From assembly GCA_000004985.1 (NCBI GenBank), contig GG738881.1: a stretch of 64,000 bases of DNA. The stretch is one strand, 5' to 3'. This DNA is from Naegleria gruberi. Lineage: Eukaryota. This document shows positions 54,998-64,000 of this stretch, in pieces (position 1 is the first letter of the stretch; each line of letters begins with the position of its first letter). A model generated the notes under the pieces. It saw only the letters and a program-made list of their open reading frames with translations, was not told the origin of the DNA and made no database searches. The position numbers and the translations under genes are program-made.

Positions 54998-57804
54998 ATG
55001 AACAAAAGGGGCGTCGAATCACCTGGTGTGGATAGACTTCCCTCACCGAGTGTATTCGGCGATAAGGAATACAAGGTTTGTATTTTTGGTGGAATTATAT
55101 GTAATGATGAAATTAAATAGATAATAAGGGAGATTGGGAGTGGATCCTTCGGAAAGGCTTATCTTTGCGAGAAAAAGGGAAGAAAGTATGTCATGAAGAG
55201 AATAAATATGAAGGAATTAAGCGATGAGGAAAAACAAGGAGCTTTGAATGAAGCACAAGTACTACAAAAATTAAAACACGACAATATTATTGCCTATCAT
55301 GAATACTTTATCAGTTCGGATAAGTTTCTGAATATTGTGATGGACTATGCTGATGGAGGAGATCTCTTTACGAAAATCAAAACTGCTCCAACTTTTTTAC
55401 CTGAAGAGGTAGGTTTATTCAAATTGTTTCTTCTCAAACTTATTCTTTATTTTAATAGATTATCATTGATTGGTTTTGTCAAATTGCATTAGGTTTGAAA
55501 CATGTTCATGATTGCAATATTCTTCATAGGTTAGTTGAATACAAACATATTGTTCGGATCTAAACACAATTTTAAAGAGATTTAAAAACACAAAACATTT
55601 TCCTGACAAAAACTGGAAGGGTAACAATTGGAGATTTCGGAATTGCTAAAATTTTAAATTCTCAAACAGAGTTTGCTAGTACTGTTATTGGAACACCTTA
55701 TTATTTGAGCCCTGAACTTTGTGAGGATAAACCATATAATCAAAAAAGTGATGTTTGGGCTTTAGGATGTGTATTATATGAAATAACCACGAGAAAACAT
55801 GCTTTTAATGGACAAAATTTGCCAGCTTTAGTTTTGAAGATTTTGAAAGGAAACTACCCTCCAATACCTTCGTTTTATAGCATTAATTTATCATCATTAA
55901 TTTCCAGTATGCTCCAAAAGGATCCAGAGCTAAGACCAAGTATTGGCGAAATTCTTTCTCTTCCATTTATTCAAGAGAAGGTGTTACAAATTATAAGAAA
56001 GAAAGATTCACTGAAAGTTCTGCAGCAACCAGAGCCAGTGAAACCAAAACCAATATCTCCAAAGCAACAACAACCTTCCCAACAACCACAGGTTCAGCCA
56101 CAACAACAAGCTCAGCAACAAATCCAATCCCAACAAAATCCTCAAGGCCAATCAGAAGAAAAATCAAAATGGCTAGAGGATAAACAGAGTGAGTTGAATG
56201 CTATGTTCAAACAACTCCATCCTTCCAAACAAAATCCAATCAATACAATCAACAGGCTTCAAATACGAAAACAATTAGAGGAAAAGGATGAAAAAAAGAA
56301 GGAGAAAATGAAAGGAAGAAAGGAATATTATGAGCAAATTTTAGAAAAGAGAAAGGGAGGAATTTCAGTTTCTGCCAGTGTCCAAAATCAACCAATGCAA
56401 CAACCTCAACCAGTTATTCCACCAAGAGTTTCAATGCCTTCTAATCCTCAGAGAAACCTCCCTCAACAACCATCGAGGTCTGTGGACGAGAGAATTCCAA
56501 GAGCAGAGGAACGATCTAAATCAGTTTCAAAGAATGTGGAAGAATCTCCAAGAGTTGTCAATATTGCAGGTGAAGATAAGATGGTTTTCAGATTGGATGA
56601 AATTAAGAATCAAGCCCATAAGAGACCATCTAAACCTCCACCAAAACCTCAACCTGTTGTTATTTCTCAAAATCAACCTGTCTATCAACAACCTCAACAA
56701 CCAGTCCTCTCTAAGGAAGATGAAAGAAAGGAAATTAAAAAGAAGCAAGAAAAGGAAAGACAAGAATGGCTTGTTAAAAATGGAGTTCAACCAGATGATA
56801 AGAAGAAAAAGTTCTTGGCTGAGAAACAAGATGAAAAGAAGAAGAAAAAGGAAGAAGAACGAAAGAAAATGTTGGATCACAAGAAGAAAATGGATGCAAT
56901 CAAGGGAAGAAAAAATCAAATCAGAGTCATGTTTGGTTTGGATGAATCAGAAAAGACTCCTGAACCTGTCTCTCCAGTTAAAGAAGAATTTGAACCAACA
57001 CCAGAAGACATTCAAAAGAAGAGGGAAGAAGAAGAAAAGGAACGGGTGAGAAAAGAAAAAGCTGACATGGAAAGAAAAAACTTTAGAGACTTTATTAAGA
57101 ATCAAAAAAAGAAAAAGAAGGAAGAACCTTCACCATTTGATGCTGTAATCCCATCAAACGACCAAGACGATGACGAAGGAAGTCTGAATAATAGTGTTAA
57201 GCAAGAAACTGTTGTAATTGTTCCAAAGAAACAAGTAACTCCAACTAAAGTATTCTCTCCATTAAATAAGACAGCCAGTAAGGAAGTTATCATTCTGGAA
57301 CCAAAATCAAAACCTGAAACACCACAAAAAGAAAAACCATCTCCAAAATCCAGTCCTGTTAAGAAAGTTATTGATGATGATTTGGATCTTTTACCAACCA
57401 GAGAAGAAAAGGTTGTTGAACAAATTCCTGAACTCTGTCTTACTCCTTCCACTCTTGATCGTGAAGCAGGTTTAACACCAGAACTCAAATTCCATACACC
57501 AGTTAAGAAATCAGAGGATACTTCGCAAATGTCTCCAAGTGATTTGGAAATGTTAAGGAAAAAGCAACATGAATTGAGTGTTAGAATTGAGGCTTTAAGA
57601 AATTATTGCGAGCAAAAATTTGGAGAAAAATCATTCATACAAATTTATAATTTGTTGAGAGATTTTGAATTCAAAGAGAATGAAGATGAAGACAGCCAAA
57701 TTCAAGAGGGAATTTTACAAATTTTAGGAAACAACACAAAATTGCTTCCATACGTTCAAAAGATTCACCAATTGATTTTCTGTGAGGACTTGTTCTACGG
57801 ATAA
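54998..57804 (+). CDS. NIMA-related (NEK) serine/threonine kinase with a long K/E/Q-rich coiled-coil C-terminal tail, 4 exons: 54998-55075, 55121-55408, 55459-55529, 55578-57804.
   Basis: Exon 2 IIREIGSGSFGKAYLCEKKGRKYVMKRINMKEL... (Gly-loop, VAIK-type Lys). Exon 3 ...HDCNILHR (phase 2). Exon 4 DLKTQNIFLTKTGRVTIGDFGIAKILNS...GTPYYLSPELCEDKPYNQKSDVWALGCVLYE. All introns (45, 50, 48 nt) are GT-AG and AT-rich with consistent phases. Confidence 0.8.
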
Positions 57805-57919
57805 TAAAATGAAGCAAATTAAAACAAAATGTTTTTTATTCGAAACAAAATCGCAATCAAGCTAAAAATCTAATGGTCACTCTTAACTGGCCAGAAGATG
57901 TCCATAAAAATTTCCAAAT

Positions 57920-59206
57920 TTAAAAGAGCAAATCTTCATTAGTTGAGGTCCATTGATTTTCATCAAAACATTCTTCTTGTTCTGTTGAGAATAAATCAGT
58001 GTGGAATAACTCTGAAGCTTGAGCATCTTCAAATTGTACATCCAATTCACCACCTTCAGTTGTGAAACCAGCATCCATTTCAAAGAAATTATTTTCATCA
58101 ATTTGTTTGTTCATGAAAATAACTTGATTTGGATAATAGGTTGGTGTATAAATTGGATAAGCATAAGGAACAGAGATTGCATCAACAAATGGAGCAGCAT
58201 TATGAACAACATATGGATGATAGGTTGGCATGGTTTGAATAACTGGAATGACTGGAGCAGTCATTGTGTTTTGAGGGAAAAGAACACCAGCTTGTTGAAG
58301 TGATTGGAAAAAGTCAATTTGCTTTGGTTGAGGTGATTCTGTTGACTTTTCATCTGGAGTCTTCTTTGTCTCTTCATTGTTAATGATTGGAGAACGTAAT
58401 AATACAACTGAATTACCATTCATATTCATATTTGATGGTGATTCAAGTAATGATGACAAGACATTCTTTGGTTCTTGAACAGCAGCTGTGGAAGTTGAAA
58501 TAACAGTTGTTGGACTGTTTGTTTGTGTGAAATTAACAATAGTTGGAGTCTTAATAAGTGGAGAGGAAGATGATTCAACAACTTTGGCAGTAACACTTGT
58601 TGTTGATTCAGTCTTCAATGGAGTTGGTCTCTTCTTCTTGGTGTATTGCATATCTTTGGTGGCAGAAGATCTCTTTCTCTTTGGTGTTTGAGATTGAGTG
58701 TTGGCAGTAGCAGAAGTGCTTGTTGAGGCAGATGGTTCCTTCTTATCCTTTTGCTTCTTGATAGAACGGAAAGCTTGATTAATATCAACACCACCTTCAA
58801 CAACTTCTTGTCCTTCCTTTTGCATCTTTCTCTTGTAACGAACTCTCTTATTGGAGAACCAATTGTTAATTTGGAGAAGGGACAAAGTTGTTTGATCGAC
58901 TAATCCCTTCTTTTCATCCTCACTAAAACAGATTATTAGAATATACAACAACAATGAATTGTAAACATACCTTGGATATGGATTTTGAAGATTAGCAAAG
59001 AACCAATCATTCAATACTTTGGTAATTTCCTTTGGGTAACCTTTTCTCTTCTTTCCGTGTTTTGACTTTCCATCAGCCTTGTCGCTTTCACAACCAGAAT
59101 CACTTTCAGAATATTGATGGAGAAGTGATGGGGAATCAAGAATCTTATCTTCTTGAGTTTCAATCAATGATGATTGACTTGTTGCAATAGTAGTAGTTGA
59201 TTGCAT
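57920..59206 (-). CDS. TALE-class (MEIS/PBC-like) homeodomain transcription factor, 2 exons: 59206-58971 and 58922-57920.
   Basis: ATG at 59206. Homeodomain KRKGYPKEITKVLNDWFFANLQNPYP | (GTATGT...gttttag, 48 nt, phase 2) | SEDEKKGLVDQTTLSLLQINNWFSNKRVRYKRK. The PYP three-residue loop extension and WF.N.R motif are diagnostic of TALE (compare MEIS [33 protein letters not shown]). Confidence 0.8.
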   Translation of the reverse strand: MQSTTTIATSQSSLIETQEDKILDSPSLLHQYSESDSGCESDKADGKSKHGKKRKGYPKEITKVLNDWFFANLQNPYPRYVYNSLLLYILIICFSEDEKKGLVDQTTLSLLQINNWFSNKRVRYKRKMQKEGQEVVEGGVDINQAFRSIKKQKDKKEPSASTSTSATANTQSQTPKRKRSSATKDMQYTKKKRPTPLKTESTTSVTAKVVESSSSPLIKTPTIVNFTQTNSPTTVISTSTAAVQEPKNVLSSLLESPSNMNMNGNSVVLLRSPIINNEETKKTPDEKSTESPQPKQIDFFQSLQQAGVLFPQNTMTAPVIPVIQTMPTYHPYVVHNAAPFVDAISVPYAYPIYTPTYYPNQVIFMNKQIDENNFFEMDAGFTTEGGELDVQFEDAQASELFHTDLFSTEQEECFDENQWTSTNEDLLF

Positions 59207-59996
59207 TGTAAATTATTGTATAGTACAGAGTGGGTGAATAGTATAATAATACAGTCAATAATGGAATACAGGGTTTATCTGTTCTTCCTTTCGAATATAA
59301 ATTCAGAGTGGTATAGCACTACAACAGCAATGACAGCAGTATAAGTGTTATATGGTACTGGGTTTGATTATTAATGGGTATTGATTCAACTCGATACACA
59401 CAATCAACAAATCGTTCTTATTTGGATTGTTTTTTTTTCTAATGTTGTGTGAAGTGTGTGGGTAGCGTTTGTTAAATTGGTCCACACTTTGCTGTTTGTT
59501 GGTGCTTGGCAGTGAATCGTTGTTATCGTTACGAGAAAACCAGCCCATTTGTTGAATGTGTCCCTTCTTCAGTTTTGCTCACTGAACGCAATAAAGCATC
59601 ACATTTCAATAGAACATGTACCTTTTAAAGTGGGCGAGATACATTTAAAATTATTTCGTTGTAACGACGATACACTTTTAGAATTAGAATCCCTTGTTGA
59701 TGGATATGCCCAACTTTCGACCAATAGAAAACCTTCTTCCAAAAGGGTACTGGTTTCTTCAAGGCATCACCCAAACAAAACATTTGGAAACCAACTAATG
59801 TCTGAGGCAATCAAATTGGTGAAATTCGGCAAGCATTTCCTCTTTGTTAACCTCAGAAACATTCAGCACTGAAGTGCCTTGGCTCGTAGTGCTTCATTCG
59901 ACCAAAATTGTTTTGGTGCACCTGTGTCCTGTTACTGAACAGTAGATCTGGTTATTGTTGAACGTTCGAAAGATTGATGATTCAACATTTAAATTA

Positions 59997-61187
59997 TTAA
60001 ACAATTATCGAGCTCAATTCAAGCTGTTTCAGCTTGTTGAATTGAGCTTTTAATTGACTTTTTTCTCTTTCACTAGGTCTCAAATGTTTCATTCTCACTG
60101 TTTTCATCTTTTTCCTTGCTAGTTTTCTTCTCTTCTTCAATAATTTAAAACATTCATTCTCAAATTCTTTCAAAAACTTCTTCCTCTCTTGTTTGCTGTT
60201 GATAGTGATGGATTGTTTCTTCAGGAAGGCGTTGTATAAATATTCGAATCGGTGTGAAATGCTTCGGTTTTGAGTGATGAAAAATTTCCAATCATAGCGA
60301 ATCCGATCAAGAATATGTGGAGGGAGAACAGACCCCAAAAACATCGAACTACTGTTGTAAGAAGTTGTCGGAAACTGTAGTTGATTCGAATACGGTATGG
60401 AGGTTGTTGAATAATTATTGTTGAATAAACCTTGATTAGTGCTGGTGTTACCCACAGTTGAAGTATTGGTATAGAGAACAAAATTTCTCAAGAAGGGAGG
60501 CATCAACTTGTAGTCGATATCTGTTAAAATCCAATAATAGGGTGACAGTTTTGGATCTAATAAAAAGAAGGATGGGGGAACAAACTTGGAAATGACCTTG
60601 ATTTGCTGTCTATACATCTCTGATTTAATTTGACACTTCTCTATTGTATCAAGCAAGTCTCTCATTAAAATGTCTTTTGCAAGACCAAATTTGTTTTTAA
60701 AAACAATTGGGAAAACTCTTTTCTGGAATGTTGACTCATTCCCAATGCCACTAACTACAGTAGATGAAGTCATCATCATGGTTTGATTGCCTTGTGTTAG
60801 TTTGTTGAGGTAACGAGTATAGTTTTGATGTAAAAAGTCAATCTTTCTTCCAATCCCATTCAAAAATTCAACACTGTATTGTCCTTTGATTGGTCTTGGT
60901 TGAGAAGATGACAATGATGGGTTACCTTCTCCATCATTGTAGGAACCAAATAGTTTCTTTATATTAATGAAAGGAACAGGAACTTGGAGTGTAAAATACT
61001 TTGATGATTGACTTGCTAGAGAGCCTGTTCTAGAGCTGAATAGCTTGTTCATGATTGGTTTCAAAAGCCAATCAACACCCTTTCCAGCCAAGTACAACAA
61101 TGTGCTGATGAAGAAGAGTAACTTGAGAAGGCTTTGAATCTTGTCCACACTCATCATGATGGACTTGTTGTTATTGTTAGAGATCAT
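59997..61187 (-). CDS. Hypothetical protein (396 aa) with an N-terminal hydrophobic segment and a basic, coiled-coil-like C-terminus.
   Basis: ATG at 61187. LLKLLFFISTLLYLAG TM-like segment. C-terminal KKRRKLARKKMKTVRMKHLRPSEREKSQLKAQFNKLKQLE. Confidence 0.35.
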   Translation of the reverse strand: MISNNNNKSIMMSVDKIQSLLKLLFFISTLLYLAGKGVDWLLKPIMNKLFSSRTGSLASQSSKYFTLQVPVPFINIKKLFGSYNDGEGNPSLSSSQPRPIKGQYSVEFLNGIGRKIDFLHQNYTRYLNKLTQGNQTMMMTSSTVVSGIGNESTFQKRVFPIVFKNKFGLAKDILMRDLLDTIEKCQIKSEMYRQQIKVISKFVPPSFFLLDPKLSPYYWILTDIDYKLMPPFLRNFVLYTNTSTVGNTSTNQGLFNNNYSTTSIPYSNQLQFPTTSYNSSSMFLGSVLPPHILDRIRYDWKFFITQNRSISHRFEYLYNAFLKKQSITINSKQERKKFLKEFENECFKLLKKRRKLARKKMKTVRMKHLRPSEREKSQLKAQFNKLKQLELSSIIV

Positions 61188-61714
61188 CTGTTATCAAGGA
61201 TCTTATTGTTGTTGCAACAGTGATAATGATACTTCTTGTTCCCGAGTCTTCCTTGTTTTCTTCTCAATATATATTTGATGCTACTTGGATGAAAGCAAGA
61301 ACAGTATCAAAACATTTTCTTTGGGCAAAAATAGCCTTGTTATTGAAGAGTAGTTTTGGCGCCAAAAAATACGTGACGAGTGTGGCTTACCAACACACAC
61401 AAAGAGGCTTGTTGCAAAAAGTAGTAGTAGAAGCCTTGTTGTTATTTGATGAGGAATGTCCTTGATGATGCAATGATGATGAAGGTGTTCCTTTGTTCAC
61501 GTCTTGTTCAAGCCTTGTTGTTGCAATGCACGAAAGATGACAATTCTATTGTTGTTGTTAATGATGACAACAGTTTATATTGTTGTTATTGTGATGATAA
61601 TGATGAATGTCCAGACTGATGAAGTAATGATGACAAAGTTGTTGTTAATAGTACTACATTCATTGAAATGTTGCACAACTGTGTGAGGGAGTCTTGGTTA
61701 CAAACAGAAATTTG

Positions 61715-61770
61715 GTTGAAGACTTGTCAAGGTCTTTTTTTCTGTCTTGCTGATTTGACAAGTCTTCAAC
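61715..61770. repeat. Perfect 16-bp inverted repeat (GTTGAAGACTTGTCAA ... TTGACAAGTCTTCAAC) with a 24-nt T-rich loop; potential stem-loop.
   Basis: Direct reading of 61715-61730 against the reverse complement of 61755-61770. Lies in a 2.2-kb stretch with no long ORFs. Confidence 0.6.
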
Positions 61771-62902
61771 TGTGGTGTTTCGAAAAGTTTTTCGCGATTG
61801 AAGGGTGACATTCAAGAGGAGAATAATAGAGCCCAAATTGACGAGTTGGTCTTGGAGACAACTTGTTATTAGAAAGTGAAGTAATTACGTTTGGTAGTTG
61901 GAAATATTTGAAAAACGTTACAATCTTTACAATACAATTTGCAAACAATTGAGAGATGAGTATGTGTTGTAACGTTTTTTTTGATTGAATTTATTGGAAA
62001 TTAAGACAAGTATAATTTTGGCTCATTGACAAGTGAATTTCCAAATGATAAGGAAAACAGATTGACCAATAATACTCTTTCAAAATGGGACTATTTGCAT
62101 GAACCCTTTTGTGGAGCGACGTTTTGTAAAGAATCTTGAATCTGGATACAAAACATGTCTTGACAATATAAGGCTTTCCCTACAATAGAGATCTCGGCTG
62201 ATTATCATCAGAAATTCATCATGCAGAACTGCAAGTCTAAAGATTTTAACATGCTTAACTGTTTTTTATGGATAATAATAGAGGTAAGAACTGTTTCTGT
62301 CTGTGTGTTGAACTTTTGAAAATTTACTGAACAATTATTAATAACCACATCCATTGAACTATTTTCCAATCAGACAAGTTCATCCACCCTAATTTTATGG
62401 TTGAAAAGTAGGGCTTGTGGTGTAATACTAACACATCATTGGCGGAGTTAGCTCTTGCTAGTGAAGTTGGATGGTGAAAATCCTCCCAAGTACCTTTTTA
62501 CTTTTCGAGGGGAAAATACATTAACCTTAATATATTTTTTCCTCAACACCCAAATGTTTTTTTTAAGAGGGAAAATGTACTAATTTTGCTTTTCCATAGT
62601 AAAGTGAAACTTTGAAAGAACCTGATATTTAGTGTCACTGAGCGATGAAATGCAATCTACAACTTACCTTCGATGTGTTTCTTCCTGATTTTTACCATTC
62701 CTCCAATATCTCAACACCAGATGAAATGAATGGCATGGATACGATAGTTTTCATAATGGATCAATTTCTTAGTGAATGTAAGCTGCAAGAACACCACTTC
62801 TATCCTATCTTCTCAATTTTAATAGATGTACTACACTTCCTAATAATTAGATTACTCCTTAATTTTCGAATAATGTTGGTCTTTAGGTAAAAAATTCCTT
62901 CT

Positions 62903-63322
62903 TTGTTTCATTTAAATCTTGCTTTGTTTCTTCCATTGGAAACAACTAAGCAAGAGTTAGACTCAACAAAAAAGAAATTAAATGTAACTATGCAAGAGTT
63001 AGACACAACTAGGAAAGATTTATATGAAACAAGGAAAGAATTAAGTATTACCACAAAAAAATTGGAAATCATAATTAAAGATTTTCATCAATCTTTTAAC
63101 TGTTAGCTAAACTTGGGTTGATGTTGAAGAAAAACAGCACAGCTAATTGAAGTTACTTTAGATGGGGAACAATGTAAAAAAGAAAAAGAGGAACTTGAAG
63201 ACATGTTAATGATCCTCTCTCGAAGATACGAGATGTTAAAGAGAGAGCTTGCCAACAATGCCTGTAAATGTGGCTGCAACTGTAAATGTTCTTCATGTAA
63301 ATGCTCAAATCTCCAACAATAG
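62903..63322 (+). CDS. Possible small coiled-coil protein with a Cys-rich C-terminal tail (CKCGCNCKCSSCKCS). Gene structure unresolved.
   Basis: ORF 62903-63106 holds heptad-like repeats (TKQELDSTKKKLNVTMQELDTTRKDLYETRKELSITTKKLEII). A second open frame about 63128-63322 ends ...LEDMLMILSRRYEMLKRELANNACKCGCNCKCSSCKCSNLQQ*. No confirmed splice joins them. Confidence 0.2.
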
Positions 63323-63428
63323 CTGGCAACATTTTATTGTAAATAATTATACATTAAACATTCAACTCTAAAATTTGTTAAAACCACGAATTGAGATTTG
63401 ACATGATAAGGATATTAATTGAGTAGAT

Positions 63429-64000
63429 TTAGAATTTTCTCTTGTTGAAGAAAAGAACGAGATTTCCAGGTCCCACAGTTGGACCTGGAAGTTCTCTAAC
63501 TTTTTCACTTGGATTTGATTCATTGTTGAGAGTGATGATTTCATAGAATTGTAATATACGAGACAAGATGGTGAATGCTTCCTGTTATGGAGAAAAATAC
63601 TATGAGATTATTTTAAAGATTCTACTTACATATTGAGCGAATTTGTAACCCTTTAGAATAAATTGTAAATGAAATGATTCGAATTTTAAGAATTACTTAC
63701 AATACCTAAAATGGAATATTGGTAAAATAATGATGATATATTAACAAAACTTACATTTTCTTTGACCCATTGAAAATGGAATCCATGTGAAATCGGTGTG
63801 AGTCTTTTGACGTTCCTCAAAATCAGATGAAAAGCGTTCAGGAATGAAATCTGATGGCTCTGTCCAATTATTTTCATTGGCATGTGATCCAAACAAATCA
63901 ATTGCAACAATTGTTCCTTTTGGAATGTTGTACTTTCCAATGGTGGTAGATTTCTTTGCTACTCTAAAGTTTGCAAGAACAGGTGGATGCAAACGCAAAC
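63429..64000 (-). CDS. Cytochrome P450, 3' portion only (gene continues past the window end). Exons 64000-63755, a putative 5-nt micro-exon 63705-63701, 63650-63630, and 63581-63429.
   Basis: The upstream exon ends ...FTWIPFSMGQRK + T (phase 1) before GTAAGT. Splicing in GTATT and then GGTTACAAATTCGCTCAATAT gives PFSMGQRKCIGYKFAQYEAFTILSRILQFYEI..., the P450 haem-binding signature FxxGxRxCxG followed by the conserved helix L. All donors are GTAAGT; acceptors are ttttag, ctaaag, ataacag. Confidence 0.55.

Noticed and set aside
56378-57049. Alternative-frame ORFs inside the NEK kinase C-terminal tail (plus-strand 223 aa; minus-strand 130 aa).
   Set aside because: Low-complexity K/E/R-rich coding sequence (aag/gaa repeats) stays open in several frames. 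The true frame is fixed by the upstream kinase domain.
1-64000. Prokaryotic interpretation suggested by the ORF track's use of TTG/GTG start codons.
   Set aside because: Multiple genes require canonical GT-AG AT-rich introns with conserved phases to restore well-known domains (sirtuin, NEK, RCC1, mitochondrial carrier, TALE homeobox, histidine kinase). Genes have A-rich ATG contexts and a eukaryote-specific repertoire. The sequence is therefore nuclear eukaryotic, and the track's non-ATG M residues are artefacts of ORF calling.

Overview
This 64-kb window is eukaryotic nuclear DNA, AT-rich (coding about 38-40% GC) and densely packed with protein-coding genes on both strands (~33 gene models). 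Introns are short, AT-rich and GT-AG (about 37-120 nt, roughly 0-3 per gene), and the ATG start codons I checked sit in A-rich (aaaaATG) contexts. Asn/Gln homopolymer tracts and the gene content (hybrid histidine kinase, many F-box/LRR and RCC1 proteins, TALE homeobox, DUF4116 repeat proteins, bacterial-type beta-helix protein) suggest a dictyostelid-like amoebozoan, but that is inference only. No rRNA, tRNA, CRISPR array or transposon was found. The supplied ORF track labels non-ATG codons (TTG/GTG) as M in several places, so I re-derived start codons by hand where I could.

Confident calls: a P4-type phospholipid flippase, a 3-exon sirtuin, an SLC25 mitochondrial carrier, a hybrid histidine kinase with receiver domain, a 4-exon NEK kinase, a 2-exon MEIS-like TALE homeobox gene, two RCC1-repeat genes, three F-box proteins, U-box and LysM proteins, a PB1+UBA selective-autophagy receptor, a NAA50-like GNAT, and an MDR-family NADP oxidoreductase. 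Weaker calls are a prominin-like 5-TM protein and a partial cytochrome P450 at the 3' edge.

The most unusual locus is at 41005-43546. A unique N-terminal domain is followed by about 24 near-identical 69-bp (23-aa) tandem repeats, each carrying a KG[DE]CCN[IV]AK vicinal-cysteine motif.

Other items worth a second look:
- two genes interrupted by a single in-frame TAA (29552 and 33792);
- two genes split by a frameshift (8913-8926 and about 42921);
- a putative 5-nt micro-exon that encodes the P450 haem cysteine;
- a divergent, possibly catalytically inactive small GTPase;
- a 1.5-kb ORF-free interval, and a perfect 16-bp inverted repeat.
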